Counted from the first letter of the stretch, positions 19,281 through 30,264 are shown. The stretch is 64,000 nt of DNA from an uncultured Candidatus Rokubacteria bacterium (GCA_963805625.1 CAWDVE010000022.1:15194-79193); one strand, 5' to 3'. Numbers and translations: made by a program. The notes: generated from the sequence alone by a model not told the origin.

Positions 19281-21151
19281 CGTTGGTGCTCAGCGCGCGC
19301 CCGATGCTCCGTGTCCCACAGGAACCAACCCACACTCCAGGGCGGCAGTGCCGCCCACCGAGGAGCCGCGAGGCCGAGCGCGTAGAGCCGCCGTCCCCAG
19401 CCCCCGTCCGGGCCCTCGTGCATGACGGCGTTGGCCCCCAGATTAGCCACGAGGCGCAGGACTCGTCTACTCGGGAAGATCCACACCATCTCCAAGCCCG
19501 TTCCTCCGAGGAGCCTCGAACCCACCTCGGGTACGGTCTCTCTAGCCGTGAGCGGCGCAATCTCCCGCTCTCGGAGTCGCAGGAGGCTTCGGTGGAAGGC
19601 CACCCATTCCTGGTGGAGGGTCTCGCCGGCCCAGCTCCAGTCGAGTGCCGAGCGCTCGCGGCTCTCTGGGGACTGTGGATCGGGGATGCGGCGGCGAGTG
19701 TCGGGACTGGCGAACGCCGGAAAGCGGGCGAACTCCCGCCTCCGTCCTTCCGATACTCGGGGGCCCAGGTCGGGGCCCAGATCGCTGAAGAACAGAAACG
19801 GCTCACGGGCCGCCCATTCCTGCCCCATGAAGAGTAGAGGCAGCGACGGGGCCAGAAGCAGCACGGCCGTGGCCGCCCGGACCGCCTCCGCCGAGGCCAG
19901 GGTCGTGATGCGCTCACCGAAGGCCCGGTTGCCAACCTGATCATGATTCTGGAGGAACCCGATGAAGGCCGTCGGCGGCAGGTGCCCGCTCGATTCGCCG
20001 CGCGGCCGACCCTGGAACCGTGAGTAGTCGCCCTGGTACGCGAATCCCTCGGCGAGGCACCGCCGCAGATGGGAAAGCGGCGGGTGGTAGTCCTGGTAGT
20101 AGCCACCGTGCTCATTCGTGAGGAGCACGTGCAGCGCGTGATGGAGATCGTCGTTCCATTGCGCCTGATAGAGAGGGCGACCGCGGACACCTCGGCGCTC
20201 GAGATACCGAGCCTCGTTGCCGTTGTTCTCGAGTACAAGGTGCACGGCCCGATCCCGCCCCGGCCCCTCTGCGACCGCTCGCGCCAGCTCCGTCAACACG
20301 TGCGATGCAGACGTGTCGGCGATCGCGTGCACGGCGTCCATGCGAAGGCCGTCGAGATGATACTCCTCCAACCAGTACAGCGCGTTGTGGATCACGAAGG
20401 CCCGGACCACGTGTGACCCGACGCCATCGAAGTTAATGGCGTCACCCCACGGGGTGCGCCGGTGAGGATTGAAGAAGGCCGGTGCGTAGTGGTGCAGGTA
20501 GTTCCCTTCGGGGCCGAAGTGGTTGTAGACGACGTCGAGAAGCACGGCGAGCCCGCGTTCGTGACAGGTTTCCACGAGCGCTTTGAGTGCCTCGGGCCGG
20601 CCGTAGCTCGAGTCCGGTGCGAAAGGCAGGACGCCGTCGTAACCCCAACCCCAGCGTCCGGGAAAGTCTGCGATGGGCATGAGCTCGATCGCCGTCACCC
20701 CCAGCGACACCAGGTGATCGAGTCTCTCCGCGATGCTGGAGAAGGTTCCGGCGGGCGTGAAGGTCCCCACGTGGAGCTCATAGAAGACGAGGCGCTCCGC
20801 CGGGACGCCCGTCCATCGCGCGTCGTGCCAGACATGGGATCGGGGATCGATCACTTCGCTTGGCCCGTGTACGTCATCGGGTTGAAATCGGGACGCGGGA
20901 TCTGGCACGAGCGCGTCGTGGTCGATCCTGAACCGGTAGCGTGTACCCGCCGGCGCGTCGCCCGTGGTGAGTTCCGCCCATCCCTCGGCGTTCATCGTCA
21001 TCGGATATGCGCGAGCGAGATCGTCGAGCCACAGTTCGACGATTCGGGCGGCCGGGGCCCACAGTCGGAACCGTGTGCTTCCATCGCCCTGCAAACGGGC
21101 GCCGAAGGGCATCCGGTACTCACGTCGTGTCGGGACAGTCAGGTCGGCCAT
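19277..21151 (-). CDS. treZ: Malto-oligosyltrehalose trehalohydrolase
   Basis: FRLWAP, YELHVGTF, WGYDGV, DVVYNHFGPEGNY, DGLRMDAVHAI, QNHDQVGNR. Confidence 0.95.
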   Translation of the reverse strand: MADLTVPTRREYRMPFGARLQGDGSTRFRLWAPAARIVELWLDDLARAYPMTMNAEGWAELTTGDAPAGTRYRFRIDHDALVPDPASRFQPDDVHGPSEVIDPRSHVWHDARWTGVPAERLVFYELHVGTFTPAGTFSSIAERLDHLVSLGVTAIELMPIADFPGRWGWGYDGVLPFAPDSSYGRPEALKALVETCHERGLAVLLDVVYNHFGPEGNYLHHYAPAFFNPHRRTPWGDAINFDGVGSHVVRAFVIHNALYWLEEYHLDGLRMDAVHAIADTSASHVLTELARAVAEGPGRDRAVHLVLENNGNEARYLERRGVRGRPLYQAQWNDDLHHALHVLLTNEHGGYYQDYHPPLSHLRRCLAEGFAYQGDYSRFQGRPRGESSGHLPPTAFIGFLQNHDQVGNRAFGERITTLASAEAVRAATAVLLLAPSLPLLFMGQEWAAREPFLFFSDLGPDLGPRVSEGRRREFARFPAFASPDTRRRIPDPQSPESRERSALDWSWAGETLHQEWVAFHRSLLRLREREIAPLTARETVPEVGSRLLGGTGLEMVWIFPSRRVLRLVANLGANAVMHEGPDGGWGRRLYALGLAAPRWAALPPWSVGWFLWDTEHRARAEHQR

Positions 21152-21229
21152 AGCCTCCCAAGGCTTGTGTGCCCGGTCTCTCTATACGCCGGGCCTCTGT
21201 TCCGAATGGTAGCTTGAGGTGGGGGCGGG

Positions 21230-21918
21230 GTGGAACTCATGGGACAGGGCACTGGACCCTACTCACCGGCGCGCCTGACGAGAATGCGTTACACCCCGGA
21301 GCTCAGCCGCCTGGGGTTCCATGGTGCCACGGTTGTTTTCCGGACCGCTCCGCACCGGACCGGCAGTGGTCGCGCGCGCCGGGGAACGTGTGGGTGGGCC
21401 CGGGAGGGCGCGGGGTGGCGCATGGTCCACCAGCGCTCACGTCTGCCCGCCATCGGGGATCTGCCGGGGGGATCACAGTGTCCAGGGATCCCCGTCGCAG
21501 CGAGGCGCGGCGAGTCACCCGCGACGTCGAGCCGTCGGCCCTGAAGGATCTGCTCGAGCACCCGCCGCGAGCCACCGTGGCGTTCGTCGACCGGGACGCC
21601 GTCGAGGTCCTGCCCGTACAGGCTCGATTCCGTGCTGCCACCTATCAGTTCGGCGTCCAGCCCGAGGTCGCCACGGACTTCGAGCATCGGGAGGTGGTGC
21701 TGGTGATCGACGACGGGGCGTACTGGCCTCGGCGCTGCGCGTGGAGCTGTGCAGTATTGGGCGGTGGCGCCTCCGGACGCTCTACTACGGGCAGGTGAAG
21801 GGTGGATCCGGACACCTGCGAGTCATTCCCACGTCGGCCGAGTTCCTGGAGCGGGTCGGCGTGTTCTCCAGCGATGCTCCCAGCTGCTACAAGGGGGGTG
21901 CAGGCGACCGTCGAGGCG
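21230..21918 (+). pseudogene. Patchwork of gene fragments (NTF2-like C-terminus; truncated flavin-binding split-barrel-like ORF from ~21478)
   Basis: NVWV/EGAGWRMVH in shifted frames; ..LLEHPPRATVAFVD..VVLVIDDGAYW followed by abrupt loss of plausible coding. Confidence 0.35.
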
Positions 21919-22593
21919 TTAGGGGCCGATAAAGGCGATAGGTCCAATGAGCGTGGTGGCGCTGGAATGCGTGTCGTTCGTGTCGATCGAGATCGCGATT
22001 ACCTTGGGGCTCTCCTCCGGCCGCTCCCCGTATACCCGGCGGTAGTCGTCGACGACGTTGCGGCGTTCCGTGAGCCAGCGGCCGAGGTTCTCCGAGCCAG
22101 ACCGCAGGATGAAGAACGTGACCGTGCTGGTCTTCTGGCTGCGCTCGATGCTGCCCGCCGGCTCGACGCTGCCCCAGGCGTAGGCGATCAGGCGTGAGCG
22201 CAGGGCCTCAGGGAAACGCGGCCACACGACCACCAGGTACCCAGCGAGATCGGACGTGCCGCGCCTGCGAACATCGGCCCCCGCCGGAAGCTCGACGATC
22301 TTCCAGCTCCACTCCAGGACCGGCGTCGCCTCGAGATCGACGTTGAACTCCTTGGCGATCGTCGAGTGCTCGTCATGACTGACGACACGGAGCGCCCGTC
22401 GACCCTCATCCTCCGTAATGACGAAGTCGTACGCCGGGCGTCCCCCGAGCGTGGTGTACGGCGTCCATCCCGACGGAATACCATGGCCCCCGGGCGCTTG
22501 AGAGGTCCAATTCTCGATCACGGTCTTCGCGGCGAAAGCGAACGAAACCAGTGTGAGGACGAGCGCGGTGGTGACGAACAGCGGGCGTCTCAT
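21919..22593 (-). CDS. DUF3047 family secreted protein
   Basis: Signal peptide; TPVLEWSWKI, IAYAW, WLTERRNVVDDY, SIDTNDT. Confidence 0.85.
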   Translation of the reverse strand: MRRPLFVTTALVLTLVSFAFAAKTVIENWTSQAPGGHGIPSGWTPYTTLGGRPAYDFVITEDEGRRALRVVSHDEHSTIAKEFNVDLEATPVLEWSWKIVELPAGADVRRRGTSDLAGYLVVVWPRFPEALRSRLIAYAWGSVEPAGSIERSQKTSTVTFFILRSGSENLGRWLTERRNVVDDYRRVYGERPEESPKVIAISIDTNDTHSSATTLIGPIAFIGP

Positions 22594-22729
22594 GAAGCCA
22601 GCTTACCAACGCGTCGCACAATTGGAAGCTATCGTCTCCCGGTTCGAAATACACGTCCGGAAATTGGCTGGCCCACGTGCTATCGTGTCCACCCCGTGGG
22701 TGACGGTCCGACCGCCGGCGCGCGTCACG

Positions 22730-23905
22730 CTAGCTGAACTGCCTCCGAAAGCGCCAGACGCTCAGTGACACGAGCACGAGCGTGAAGATCAGCAGCGCGA
22801 GGAAGTTCGGCCACAGTGTTCCGAATCCGCTTCCCTTGAGCATGCCACCCCGCGCGATGGCCGCGAAGTGATGAATTGGATTGAGAAGGGTCACGGGTTG
22901 TAGCCAGCCCGGCATCGCTTCCACCGGATTCAGGGCGCCGGAGAGCGAGGCGAGCGGCGGATTCACGAAGAAGGCCGTGAGCTGCGACTGCTGCGCCGAC
23001 TTGCTGAACGTCGCGATCACCGTACCCAGGCCGATCCCGGAGAGGATGCACAGCACACCGCCACCCAGGACGAAGGGGAGGCTCCCGTGAAATGGCACGT
23101 GGAACACGAGCTTGAGGACGACGAGGGCGAGCACCATCATCATGACCAGCAAGACGAACAGCGGCATGATCTTCGCGATGATGATCTCTCCCGTGCTCGC
23201 CGGCGACATGAGCAGCTGCTCGATCGTCCCCGCCTCACGCTCCTTCACCATGGCCGCCGACGAGATCAGCGAGCTGTTCAGAATGAGAAGAAGACCGAAG
23301 ACGCCGGTCGCGATGAACCAGGAGTCGACCAGTCCCGGATTGAAGAGGAACGCCGGCACGAGGAGCACCTGGCCGCGACCGCTCGCTGCCGCGGGGGCGC
23401 CCGCCAGCGCGCGCGCGAGAACCCCCGCCCGTCGGAGCTCCTGGTTGTAGCTCTGGATCACGCCCTCGGCATAGGCTTGCCCGATGGTGGCGGTGTTAGC
23501 GTTCACGGCGTTCAGCAGGAACTGCACGGTCGTCGGCCGTCCACGCCACAGGTCGCGCGCGTACTGATACGGGATGACCACGCCGGCGTCGATGCGCGCC
23601 TGACTGATCGCCGCGCCGAGCTGCTCCGCCGACGCGTAGTAGCCCCCCAGACGGAAGCTCTGGCTCTCCGTCAGGACCGCCACCAGCTCGCGACTCTCGG
23701 GGGTCCGGCTCTCGTCGACGACGCCCAGCCGCAGGTTCGCCACGGACGCGCTCAGGGCAAAGCCGAACAACGTGAGCTGCAGGACCGGGGGCACGATCAG
23801 CGAGATGACAAGCCGCCGATCCCGCCGGATCTGATCGAACTCCTTCCCGACGAGTGCACGGACCCGGCCCGTGAACAGGGATCGTCTCAGCGGCCTCATC
23901 GTCAC
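22730..23905 (-). CDS. ABC-2 type permease (YbhR-like)
   Basis: KEFDQIRRDRR, FNPGL, KEREAGTIEQLLMSP; start approximate. Confidence 0.88.
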   Translation of the reverse strand: MTMRPLRRSLFTGRVRALVGKEFDQIRRDRRLVISLIVPPVLQLTLFGFALSASVANLRLGVVDESRTPESRELVAVLTESQSFRLGGYYASAEQLGAAISQARIDAGVVIPYQYARDLWRGRPTTVQFLLNAVNANTATIGQAYAEGVIQSYNQELRRAGVLARALAGAPAAASGRGQVLLVPAFLFNPGLVDSWFIATGVFGLLLILNSSLISSAAMVKEREAGTIEQLLMSPASTGEIIIAKIMPLFVLLVMMMVLALVVLKLVFHVPFHGSLPFVLGGGVLCILSGIGLGTVIATFSKSAQQSQLTAFFVNPPLASLSGALNPVEAMPGWLQPVTLLNPIHHFAAIARGGMLKGSGFGTLWPNFLALLIFTLVLVSLSVWRFRRQFS

Positions 23906-25008
23906 GCCCGGAGCTGCATCTTGCGCATGCCCCACCAGCCGACGGTGTAGAAGATCGCCCCGATGAGCACGATGATCGCGACCTTTGGCCAGACCGCGGG
24001 CCAGCCGCCGCCCTGGAGCAGGGCGTCGCGCACGATCTCGATGTAGTAGCGGCCCCAGATGAAGTTCGAGATCCAGCGCAGGCCGACCGGGATGTTCTCG
24101 ACCGGGAAGATCAGGCCAGACAGCAGGAAGATCAGCAGGAATCCCCCGAGCGCCACGACCTGCATCGCGGCGACCTGGCTCGGAATCGTTGCGCCCACCA
24201 TCGTTCCAAACGCCGCCACGCAGAACGCGTACAGGACCGTGGCGACGACGAAGGGCGCCGGATCGCCGACGAAACCTAGGTCAAAGTACGTGAACAGGAG
24301 GACGAGCATAATCAGGCACTCCGCCAGCGCCACCACCGCGAAGGCGATGATCTTGCCGAGCAAGAACTCGTGCGCGGAGATGCTCGAGACGTAAACCTGG
24401 AGAATCGTCTTCTGCTCGGTCTCCCGGGCCATGGCGAGCGCCGCCAGCAGGGGCGGAAACATGGAGATGGCCAGCACGAAGATTCCCGGACCGTAGAACT
24501 TCCTGGACGAGAGCCCCGGATTGTACCAGAGACGGATCGCGGTCTGGATGGGTTCCGGGTGCGGAGAGGCCGTCGTCCGCCGGTTGTGCGCGCGGACGAT
24601 CTGCGTCGCATAGCCGGCCGTGAGCTTGGCCGTGTTTGCGTCGGAGCCGTCCACGAGGAGCTGGACGGGCGTATCGACACCCCGCGCGATGTCCCGCTCG
24701 AAGTCCGCGGGAATGATCAGCACGGCGCGCGCAACGCTCGCCGACAGGGCCTCCTCAGGATGTCGGCCCACGGGCCACGGCACCACGCGGAACGTGATCG
24801 AGGCGCGGAACGCGTCGACGAAGGCGCGGGATGCCGGAGAGTCATCGAAGTCCTGCACGACGACCGGCAGGTTGCTCACGCGCAATGACAGGCCCGCGCT
24901 GAGGAGCATCAGCAGCACGACGGGCAGCACGAGCGCGAGCGCGAGCGTGCGCCAGTCGCGAATGATCTGGATCAGCTCCTTGCGGGCCTGGGACAGGATC
25001 CGCCGCAT
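23902..25008 (-). CDS. ABC-2 type permease (YbhS-like)
   Basis: KELIQIIRD, LVDGSDAN, WYNPGL, LLGK. Confidence 0.88.
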   Translation of the reverse strand: MRRILSQARKELIQIIRDWRTLALALVLPVVLLMLLSAGLSLRVSNLPVVVQDFDDSPASRAFVDAFRASITFRVVPWPVGRHPEEALSASVARAVLIIPADFERDIARGVDTPVQLLVDGSDANTAKLTAGYATQIVRAHNRRTTASPHPEPIQTAIRLWYNPGLSSRKFYGPGIFVLAISMFPPLLAALAMARETEQKTILQVYVSSISAHEFLLGKIIAFAVVALAECLIMLVLLFTYFDLGFVGDPAPFVVATVLYAFCVAAFGTMVGATIPSQVAAMQVVALGGFLLIFLLSGLIFPVENIPVGLRWISNFIWGRYYIEIVRDALLQGGGWPAVWPKVAIIVLIGAIFYTVGWWGMRKMQLRA

Positions 25009-25020
25009 CGGCGCTGCGCC

Positions 25021-27000
25021 TCAGCCCGTCGCCGTCACCCGGCTCCGTTGGCGGGCCTTCTCGACGATGCTGATGAACGCGTCCTCGAGCGAGTACCGCG
25101 CCTCGTGCACGGCGGCGACGCGGATACCGTGCCGCTGGAGCCGGTCGACGGTGGCCTGCGCGCCGGACTCGACGTCGTCGTCGACGATGACATGGAGCCG
25201 GGGCCCGAACAGCGAGACGCGCCAGCGCTCCCGCTCGGACTTGAGCGCTTCCACCGCGTCCTGCGGTCGGTCGACGACGAGCTCCAGCAGGTGACCGGTC
25301 TGGCGACGCTTGATCTCGCTTGGCGTGCCTTCGGCCACGAGCTCCCCCGCTGCCATGAAGCCCAGACGATTGCACTGCTCCGATTCTTCCAGATAGTGCG
25401 TGGTCACCAGGACGGCGGTCCCGACATCGGCGCGCTGGTTGATCATTCTCCAGAAGGCGCGCCGGGCCAGCGGATCGACGCCCGCGGTGGGCTCGTCCAG
25501 GAAGAGCACGCTAGGCTCGTGCATGATCGCCGTGCCGAAGGCGATGCGCTGCTTCCAGCCCCCGGGCAAACGGCCCGTGAGCTCGTCCTGCTTTCCCTCC
25601 AGCCCGGCGAAGGACAGGACCCACTGAGTCTTCTCGTCACGCTCGCCCGCCGGGACGCCATAGACGCCGGCGAAAAACCTGAGGTTCTCCCGGATCGTCA
25701 GGTCGTCGTAGAGCGAGAACTTCTGCGACATGTACCCGACCTGCTGGCGCACGCCCTCCGAGCGGAGGTTGCCGCGCTGTCCCGCCAGCTGCATCTCCCC
25801 CTCGGTGGCGTCGAGCAGGCCGCACAGCATCTTGATGGTGGTCGTCTTGCCCGCGCCGTTCGCGCCGAGCAGCCCGTACACCTCGCCGTACCGGATCTGA
25901 AGACTGACGTCGCGAACCGCCGTGAAGGACCCGAACCGCTTCGTCAAGCCCTCGGCGCCGATGGCGACCTGGCCCCGCCGATTCGCGAGCCCGCCGCGTC
26001 CAGGGAAGGGAGCCTGCGCCGGCTCCTCGCCGAGGGCCCGCAGGCTCGTGACGAACACGTTCTCGAGGGTCGGCTCGTCGACGCGGAAATCGATCACGCG
26101 CAGTCCGGCGGCGTCCATCTCCCTCTGGACCCGGTCACGCGCCGGCTCCGGACGGCGGACGAGGAGATCCAGATGGTCCCCGAACCGCTGGACGTCGGCG
26201 ATGTCCTCCCGGGGCCCGGCGAGGCGGGAGAGGATCCCCTGGGCGTCACTCAGGGCGTCGGTGTGGACTTCCAGTCGCTTGAGGCCCAGGCCGGTGCGGA
26301 GCTCGGTCGGGGTCCCCACCTGGCGAATCTCTCCCTGGTGGATCAGGGCGAGCTGACGGCAGCGCTCGGCCTCGTCGAGGTACGGCGTCGCCACCAGGAT
26401 GGTCAGCCCCTCGGCGGCGAGGTGGGCGAGAGCGTCCCAGAACTCCCGACGCGAGACGGGATCCACGCCGGTCGTCGGCTCGTCGAGCAGCAGCACCCGC
26501 GGCTGGGAGACCAGTGCGCAGGCGAGGGAGAGCTTCTGCTTCATCCCGCCGCTCAGCTGCCCGGCCAGCCGGTCACCGAAGCGATCCAGGTCGAACAGCT
26601 CGAGATATCGCCGGCCCCGCGCCGAGATGTCATCGGGCGGCACGTGCCGCAGATCCCCCACGTAGCGAAGGTTCTCCAACACCGTGAGGTCGGGGTACAG
26701 GCTGAAGGCCTGCGTGAGGTAGCCGGTGTCCGACCGCGCCTCGCGCGGCGGGCGGCCGAAGACCTCGGCCTCTCCGCCGGAGGCCTCCATCACGCCGGCC
26801 AGGATCTGGAACGTGGACGTCTTGCCCGCGCCGTCGGGGCCGATGAGGCCGAAGATCTCGCCCTGGGCGACGTCGAAGCTGATGCCGCGAACGGCGCCGA
26901 GGCCGTCGTAGCGCTTCCACAGCCCGCGGACCCGGATGGCCGGCGCACTGGGCTTTGACGCCTCGGGACGCATTCGAGGCTCGCCCAGCGCGGCCCTCAT
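25021..27000 (-). CDS. Dual-domain ABC ATP-binding protein (YbhF-like)
   Basis: Two Walker A motifs GPDGAGKT and GANGAGKT; LSGGMKQK; LDEPTTGVDP; start approximate. Confidence 0.9.
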   Translation of the reverse strand: MRAALGEPRMRPEASKPSAPAIRVRGLWKRYDGLGAVRGISFDVAQGEIFGLIGPDGAGKTSTFQILAGVMEASGGEAEVFGRPPREARSDTGYLTQAFSLYPDLTVLENLRYVGDLRHVPPDDISARGRRYLELFDLDRFGDRLAGQLSGGMKQKLSLACALVSQPRVLLLDEPTTGVDPVSRREFWDALAHLAAEGLTILVATPYLDEAERCRQLALIHQGEIRQVGTPTELRTGLGLKRLEVHTDALSDAQGILSRLAGPREDIADVQRFGDHLDLLVRRPEPARDRVQREMDAAGLRVIDFRVDEPTLENVFVTSLRALGEEPAQAPFPGRGGLANRRGQVAIGAEGLTKRFGSFTAVRDVSLQIRYGEVYGLLGANGAGKTTTIKMLCGLLDATEGEMQLAGQRGNLRSEGVRQQVGYMSQKFSLYDDLTIRENLRFFAGVYGVPAGERDEKTQWVLSFAGLEGKQDELTGRLPGGWKQRIAFGTAIMHEPSVLFLDEPTAGVDPLARRAFWRMINQRADVGTAVLVTTHYLEESEQCNRLGFMAAGELVAEGTPSEIKRRQTGHLLELVVDRPQDAVEALKSERERWRVSLFGPRLHVIVDDDVESGAQATVDRLQRHGIRVAAVHEARYSLEDAFISIVEKARQRSRVTATG

Positions 27001-28277
27001 CTTCGGGTCGGGCGCGCCGGCCACTCGCTTCCCTCGACGAGAATCTCGCCGTCGGCGGGCATTCCCGGCTTCGCGAAGCCCGCGGCGCCTCGGAGGAGGA
27101 GCTTCACGCCCACCACCTGCTTCACCCGATCCTCGCGGAAGTACGTGTTCTCCGGCGTGAACGTCGCCTGGGGATCGATCCGCAGCACGACCGCGGCGAT
27201 CGGGGTCGCCGGGGCGGAGTCGAGATACACTCGCGCCGGCTGGCCCACTCGGACGCGGCCGATCACACCCTCGGGCACGAAGGCGCGCAGGTATACCTCG
27301 GACAGGTTCACGAGGGTGACGATCGGGGTGCCAGCCACGACCACTTCGCCAGGCTCCGCCGTCCGGGTCGCCACCGTCCCGGTGAACGGGGCGAGGACCT
27401 GGAGATCCTGCCGATTGGCGCGGGCCTCGTCGAGCTGCGCGCGGGCGCGCTCGGCGTCGGCCTGCGCTGCGGCCATGTCCGCCTGCGCCTGGAGGATCTG
27501 GGCCTGGACCGCGGCGGCCTGCGACGAGCGGATCGCGGGGTTGGTGAGATTCGCCTGAGCGGCCGTGAGCGCGCCGCGCGTGGCCTCGACCTGGCGTCGG
27601 GCGGCCCTGACCAGCGCCGCCTGGGCTCGCTCGTTGTTCTCTGCCTGCTTGGCCTGCTGCTCGGCGATCAACTCCCTCTGGTACAGACGCGCGAGCGCAT
27701 CGCGGTCCCACTCCGCCTGCGCGTGCGCGGCCTCGGCCTGGGCGAGCTGGGCCTCGGCGGCAGCCAGGCGGCCCTCCGCCTCGCTGACGCGACCCTGCGC
27801 GTCGGTCCGCGCCTGCTCGATCTCGAGCTCGTTCTGCTTGAGCTGCTCCTGGAGGATGGCGATCTGCTGCCGGGCGACCCGGGTGCGCGCCTCCGCCTGA
27901 CGGACGCCGGCCTCGGCCTGCTGCTCGCGCGCCCGGACCTGGTCGTCGTCCAGGACGGCGAGCGTCTGACCGGCCTGGACCGGATCGCCCTCTCGCACCG
28001 TGATCTCCTGGATGCGCCCGCTGGTCTTGGCGGCCACGGCCGCGTCGTCCCCCTCGATTCGCCCGTTCGCCGCGACGATGCCCGCCGGCAGCTCCGGCCG
28101 GGCGAAGAAGAGCCGCCAGGCGGCGAATCCGGCCGCGGCCAGGGAGATCAGGAGCATGACCGCGACGATCGAGCGACGCGCCCGGCGCGCAGGCTCAGCG
28201 GTCGGGGGCGGAGCGCTGGGGCCGGTTACGGCCGGCGCGGCCGGCGTCTCGCGAGGATCCGTGTCCGGGTGCGGCAT
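26997..28277 (-). CDS. HlyD-family efflux membrane fusion protein (YbhG-like)
   Basis: N-terminal TM, VREGDPV..G lipoyl-like motif, coiled coil, ATFTPEN, KPGMPAD. Confidence 0.9.
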   Translation of the reverse strand: MPHPDTDPRETPAAPAVTGPSAPPPTAEPARRARRSIVAVMLLISLAAAGFAAWRLFFARPELPAGIVAANGRIEGDDAAVAAKTSGRIQEITVREGDPVQAGQTLAVLDDDQVRAREQQAEAGVRQAEARTRVARQQIAILQEQLKQNELEIEQARTDAQGRVSEAEGRLAAAEAQLAQAEAAHAQAEWDRDALARLYQRELIAEQQAKQAENNERAQAALVRAARRQVEATRGALTAAQANLTNPAIRSSQAAAVQAQILQAQADMAAAQADAERARAQLDEARANRQDLQVLAPFTGTVATRTAEPGEVVVAGTPIVTLVNLSEVYLRAFVPEGVIGRVRVGQPARVYLDSAPATPIAAVVLRIDPQATFTPENTYFREDRVKQVVGVKLLLRGAAGFAKPGMPADGEILVEGSEWPARPTRR

Positions 28278-28975
28278 TGCGATGGGGGGGTGTCCAGGGC
28301 TCGACCGCGTGTCTCCGCGGCGGCCAGCCCGTGCGTGGCGAGGTCCTGGATGTGCTTCACGTAGGCGTCGGGGGTGGGCGGGGCGATGCGGCCGTGACCT
28401 GAGAGAGCGCGCCCGCGGAACCGCGCGGTGGCGAAGAAGAACACGAGGCTGCCCACGAGACTGAGGTGCGTTAGCAGGGGATCCACCGGACGAAAGGCGC
28501 CCTCGCGGACTCCGCGCTCCACGACGCGCTTCACCGCGGCCAGGACGCGCAACGGCATGGCGACCGTCTTCGGGTCGAGGTGCGGGCCCCCCGCCAGGAG
28601 CTCGCGGAGCATCATCGTGCAGAAGTGCGGATGACGCCGGCTCGCGACGTCGCCCACGACGGCGATCAACGCGCGCAGCACCTCGGGCGCCGGCGTGCGC
28701 GACCCGGCGAGGCGCTCCACCCGGGGCACGATATCGGCGAACGTGGCCTCGACGATCGCGAGGTAGAGGTTCCGCTTGCCGCCGAAGTGGTAGCTGATCA
28801 TCGCTTTGTTGACGCCGGCCTTCTCCGCGATCGCCCAGACCGGCACCCCCTCGTACCCTCGCTCCGCGAAGAGATCCGCGGCGGCGGCGAGGAGGGCCTC
28901 GCGCGTCGCGGCAACGCCCGGTCGCCGTCCGGCCTGGGCTTGCCCGTGAGGAGTCGCGGTCTGGCGAGGTGCCAT
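28226..28975 (-). CDS. TetR/AcrR family regulator (CecR-like)
   Basis: LLAAAADLFAERGYEG..IAEKAGVNKAMISYHFGGK. Confidence 0.9.
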   Translation of the reverse strand: MAPRQTATPHGQAQAGRRPGVAATREALLAAAADLFAERGYEGVPVWAIAEKAGVNKAMISYHFGGKRNLYLAIVEATFADIVPRVERLAGSRTPAPEVLRALIAVVGDVASRRHPHFCTMMLRELLAGGPHLDPKTVAMPLRVLAAVKRVVERGVREGAFRPVDPLLTHLSLVGSLVFFFATARFRGRALSGHGRIAPPTPDAYVKHIQDLATHGLAAAETRGRALDTPPSQCRTRTRILARRRPRRP

Positions 28976-28978
28976 ATC

Positions 28979-28994
28979 AACCAAACGTATGGTT
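28979..28994. promoter_or_regulatory. Probable TetR operator
   Basis: Near-palindrome AACCAAACGTATGGTT immediately upstream of the TetR start. Confidence 0.55.
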
Positions 28995-29577
28995 AATTTT
29001 GGCCCCGCATCTCGACCCCGTCAAGGGCAACGCATGCTGCCCTTGTCGCCATCTCCATTGGCGGTTCCGGCGGAGTCTTCGGGCCCTCGCTGTTCATGGG
29101 TGCCACGTTCGGAGCCAGGCTGGATCTCGCCCGCGAGCTCACGGCGCGTCCATGCGCGGGGTCGCTTGGATACGCAGTACGCCTTCCAAGTGCTGCACGG
29201 GCAGAACCGATAGATGAAGTCGGCCAACGTCGGGACCAACCGGCCACTCGCTGGGGGGACTCATGCGTTCCTTCGCCCACGTCAAGCTGCTTTCCCCGCC
29301 ACTCGTCCGCCATGCAAGAACTGCCCGGTTGGGGGCAAATCGACACGACTCGAAGGGCCTATCCCCAGGTGCCGACCGGGCCGGGGGTCGAGGATGGCGC
29401 CCTAGGCATTTGAACTGGTGCCCGGTCCTCCCGATCCGACCGGCATGGGTCTTGCTCGGTCTCTCCGGAAGGAGACTCCTGGAACGGCGCAGCTCGATAC
29501 AATGGCTCTGAGAGGCTAGAAGGTCCACGGCTCTCCGGACCCGGCGCCGATCTCCAGCCACGAAGAGGAGGTCTGGG

Positions 29578-30264
29578 ATGAAGGTCCGCGTCTGGATCGC
29601 TGTCGGACTCATCAGCTTCGGAGGCTCCGTCAGCAGCTTGGCTTGGGGGGCAGACGACCCGTTCGAGAAGCCGGCCACCACCGTGAACAGTGCTGCCACC
29701 ACCTCGGCCGGCTCGCAGCAGGTGGCGGGGAAGATCGCGAGCGAACTGAACACCGCCTGCTCGTGCACCACCTTTTCGGCGTCGTCCGTGAGCGCCCAGC
29801 GCACCAAGACGGGCTGGGGCTGGGGGGAGGTGCTCATCGCCGACCGCCTCGCGCTGGCCATCAGCCAGCAGTCGAACATCACCTTCGCGGCGGCCCTCGG
29901 GCAGGTGACGACCAGTCGCCAGCAGGGCATGGGCTGGGGCGCCATCGCGAACGCGCAGGGCTTGAACCTGGGCAAACTGGTCAGCAGCGTCAAGCAGTCA
30001 GCCAATGCGGTGGCGAATGCCGGCAAGGCGGCTGGCCCCGCCGCAAAGGGTCAGGGCCAGGCCAACGTGGCCGCGGGCGGTGGCCAGGGCGCGGGGGCCG
30101 GAGCGGGTCACGGCGGCGGCGGGGCCGGCGGCGGCCAGGGCGGCGGCGGCGGAGCCGGCCACGGTGGGGGTGGCGGGGGTCAGGGCGGTGGCGGCGCTGG
30201 CGCTGGCGGTGGTGGGGGTGGGGCCGGTGGGGGCGGTGGAGCCGGGGGAGGCGGAAAGAAGTAG
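29578..30264 (+). CDS. Secreted hypothetical protein with Gly-rich tail
   Basis: AGGAGG RBS, signal peptide, repeated GWG motifs, poly-Gly C-terminus. Confidence 0.75.
   Translation: MKVRVWIAVGLISFGGSVSSLAWGADDPFEKPATTVNSAATTSAGSQQVAGKIASELNTACSCTTFSASSVSAQRTKTGWGWGEVLIADRLALAISQQSNITFAAALGQVTTSRQQGMGWGAIANAQGLNLGKLVSSVKQSANAVANAGKAAGPAAKGQGQANVAAGGGQGAGAGAGHGGGGAGGGQGGGGGAGHGGGGGGQGGGGAGAGGGGGGAGGGGGAGGGGKK

Noticed and set aside
30060-30260. GGC-rich tandem repeat as a DNA element
   Set aside because: Explained by the poly-Gly coding tail.
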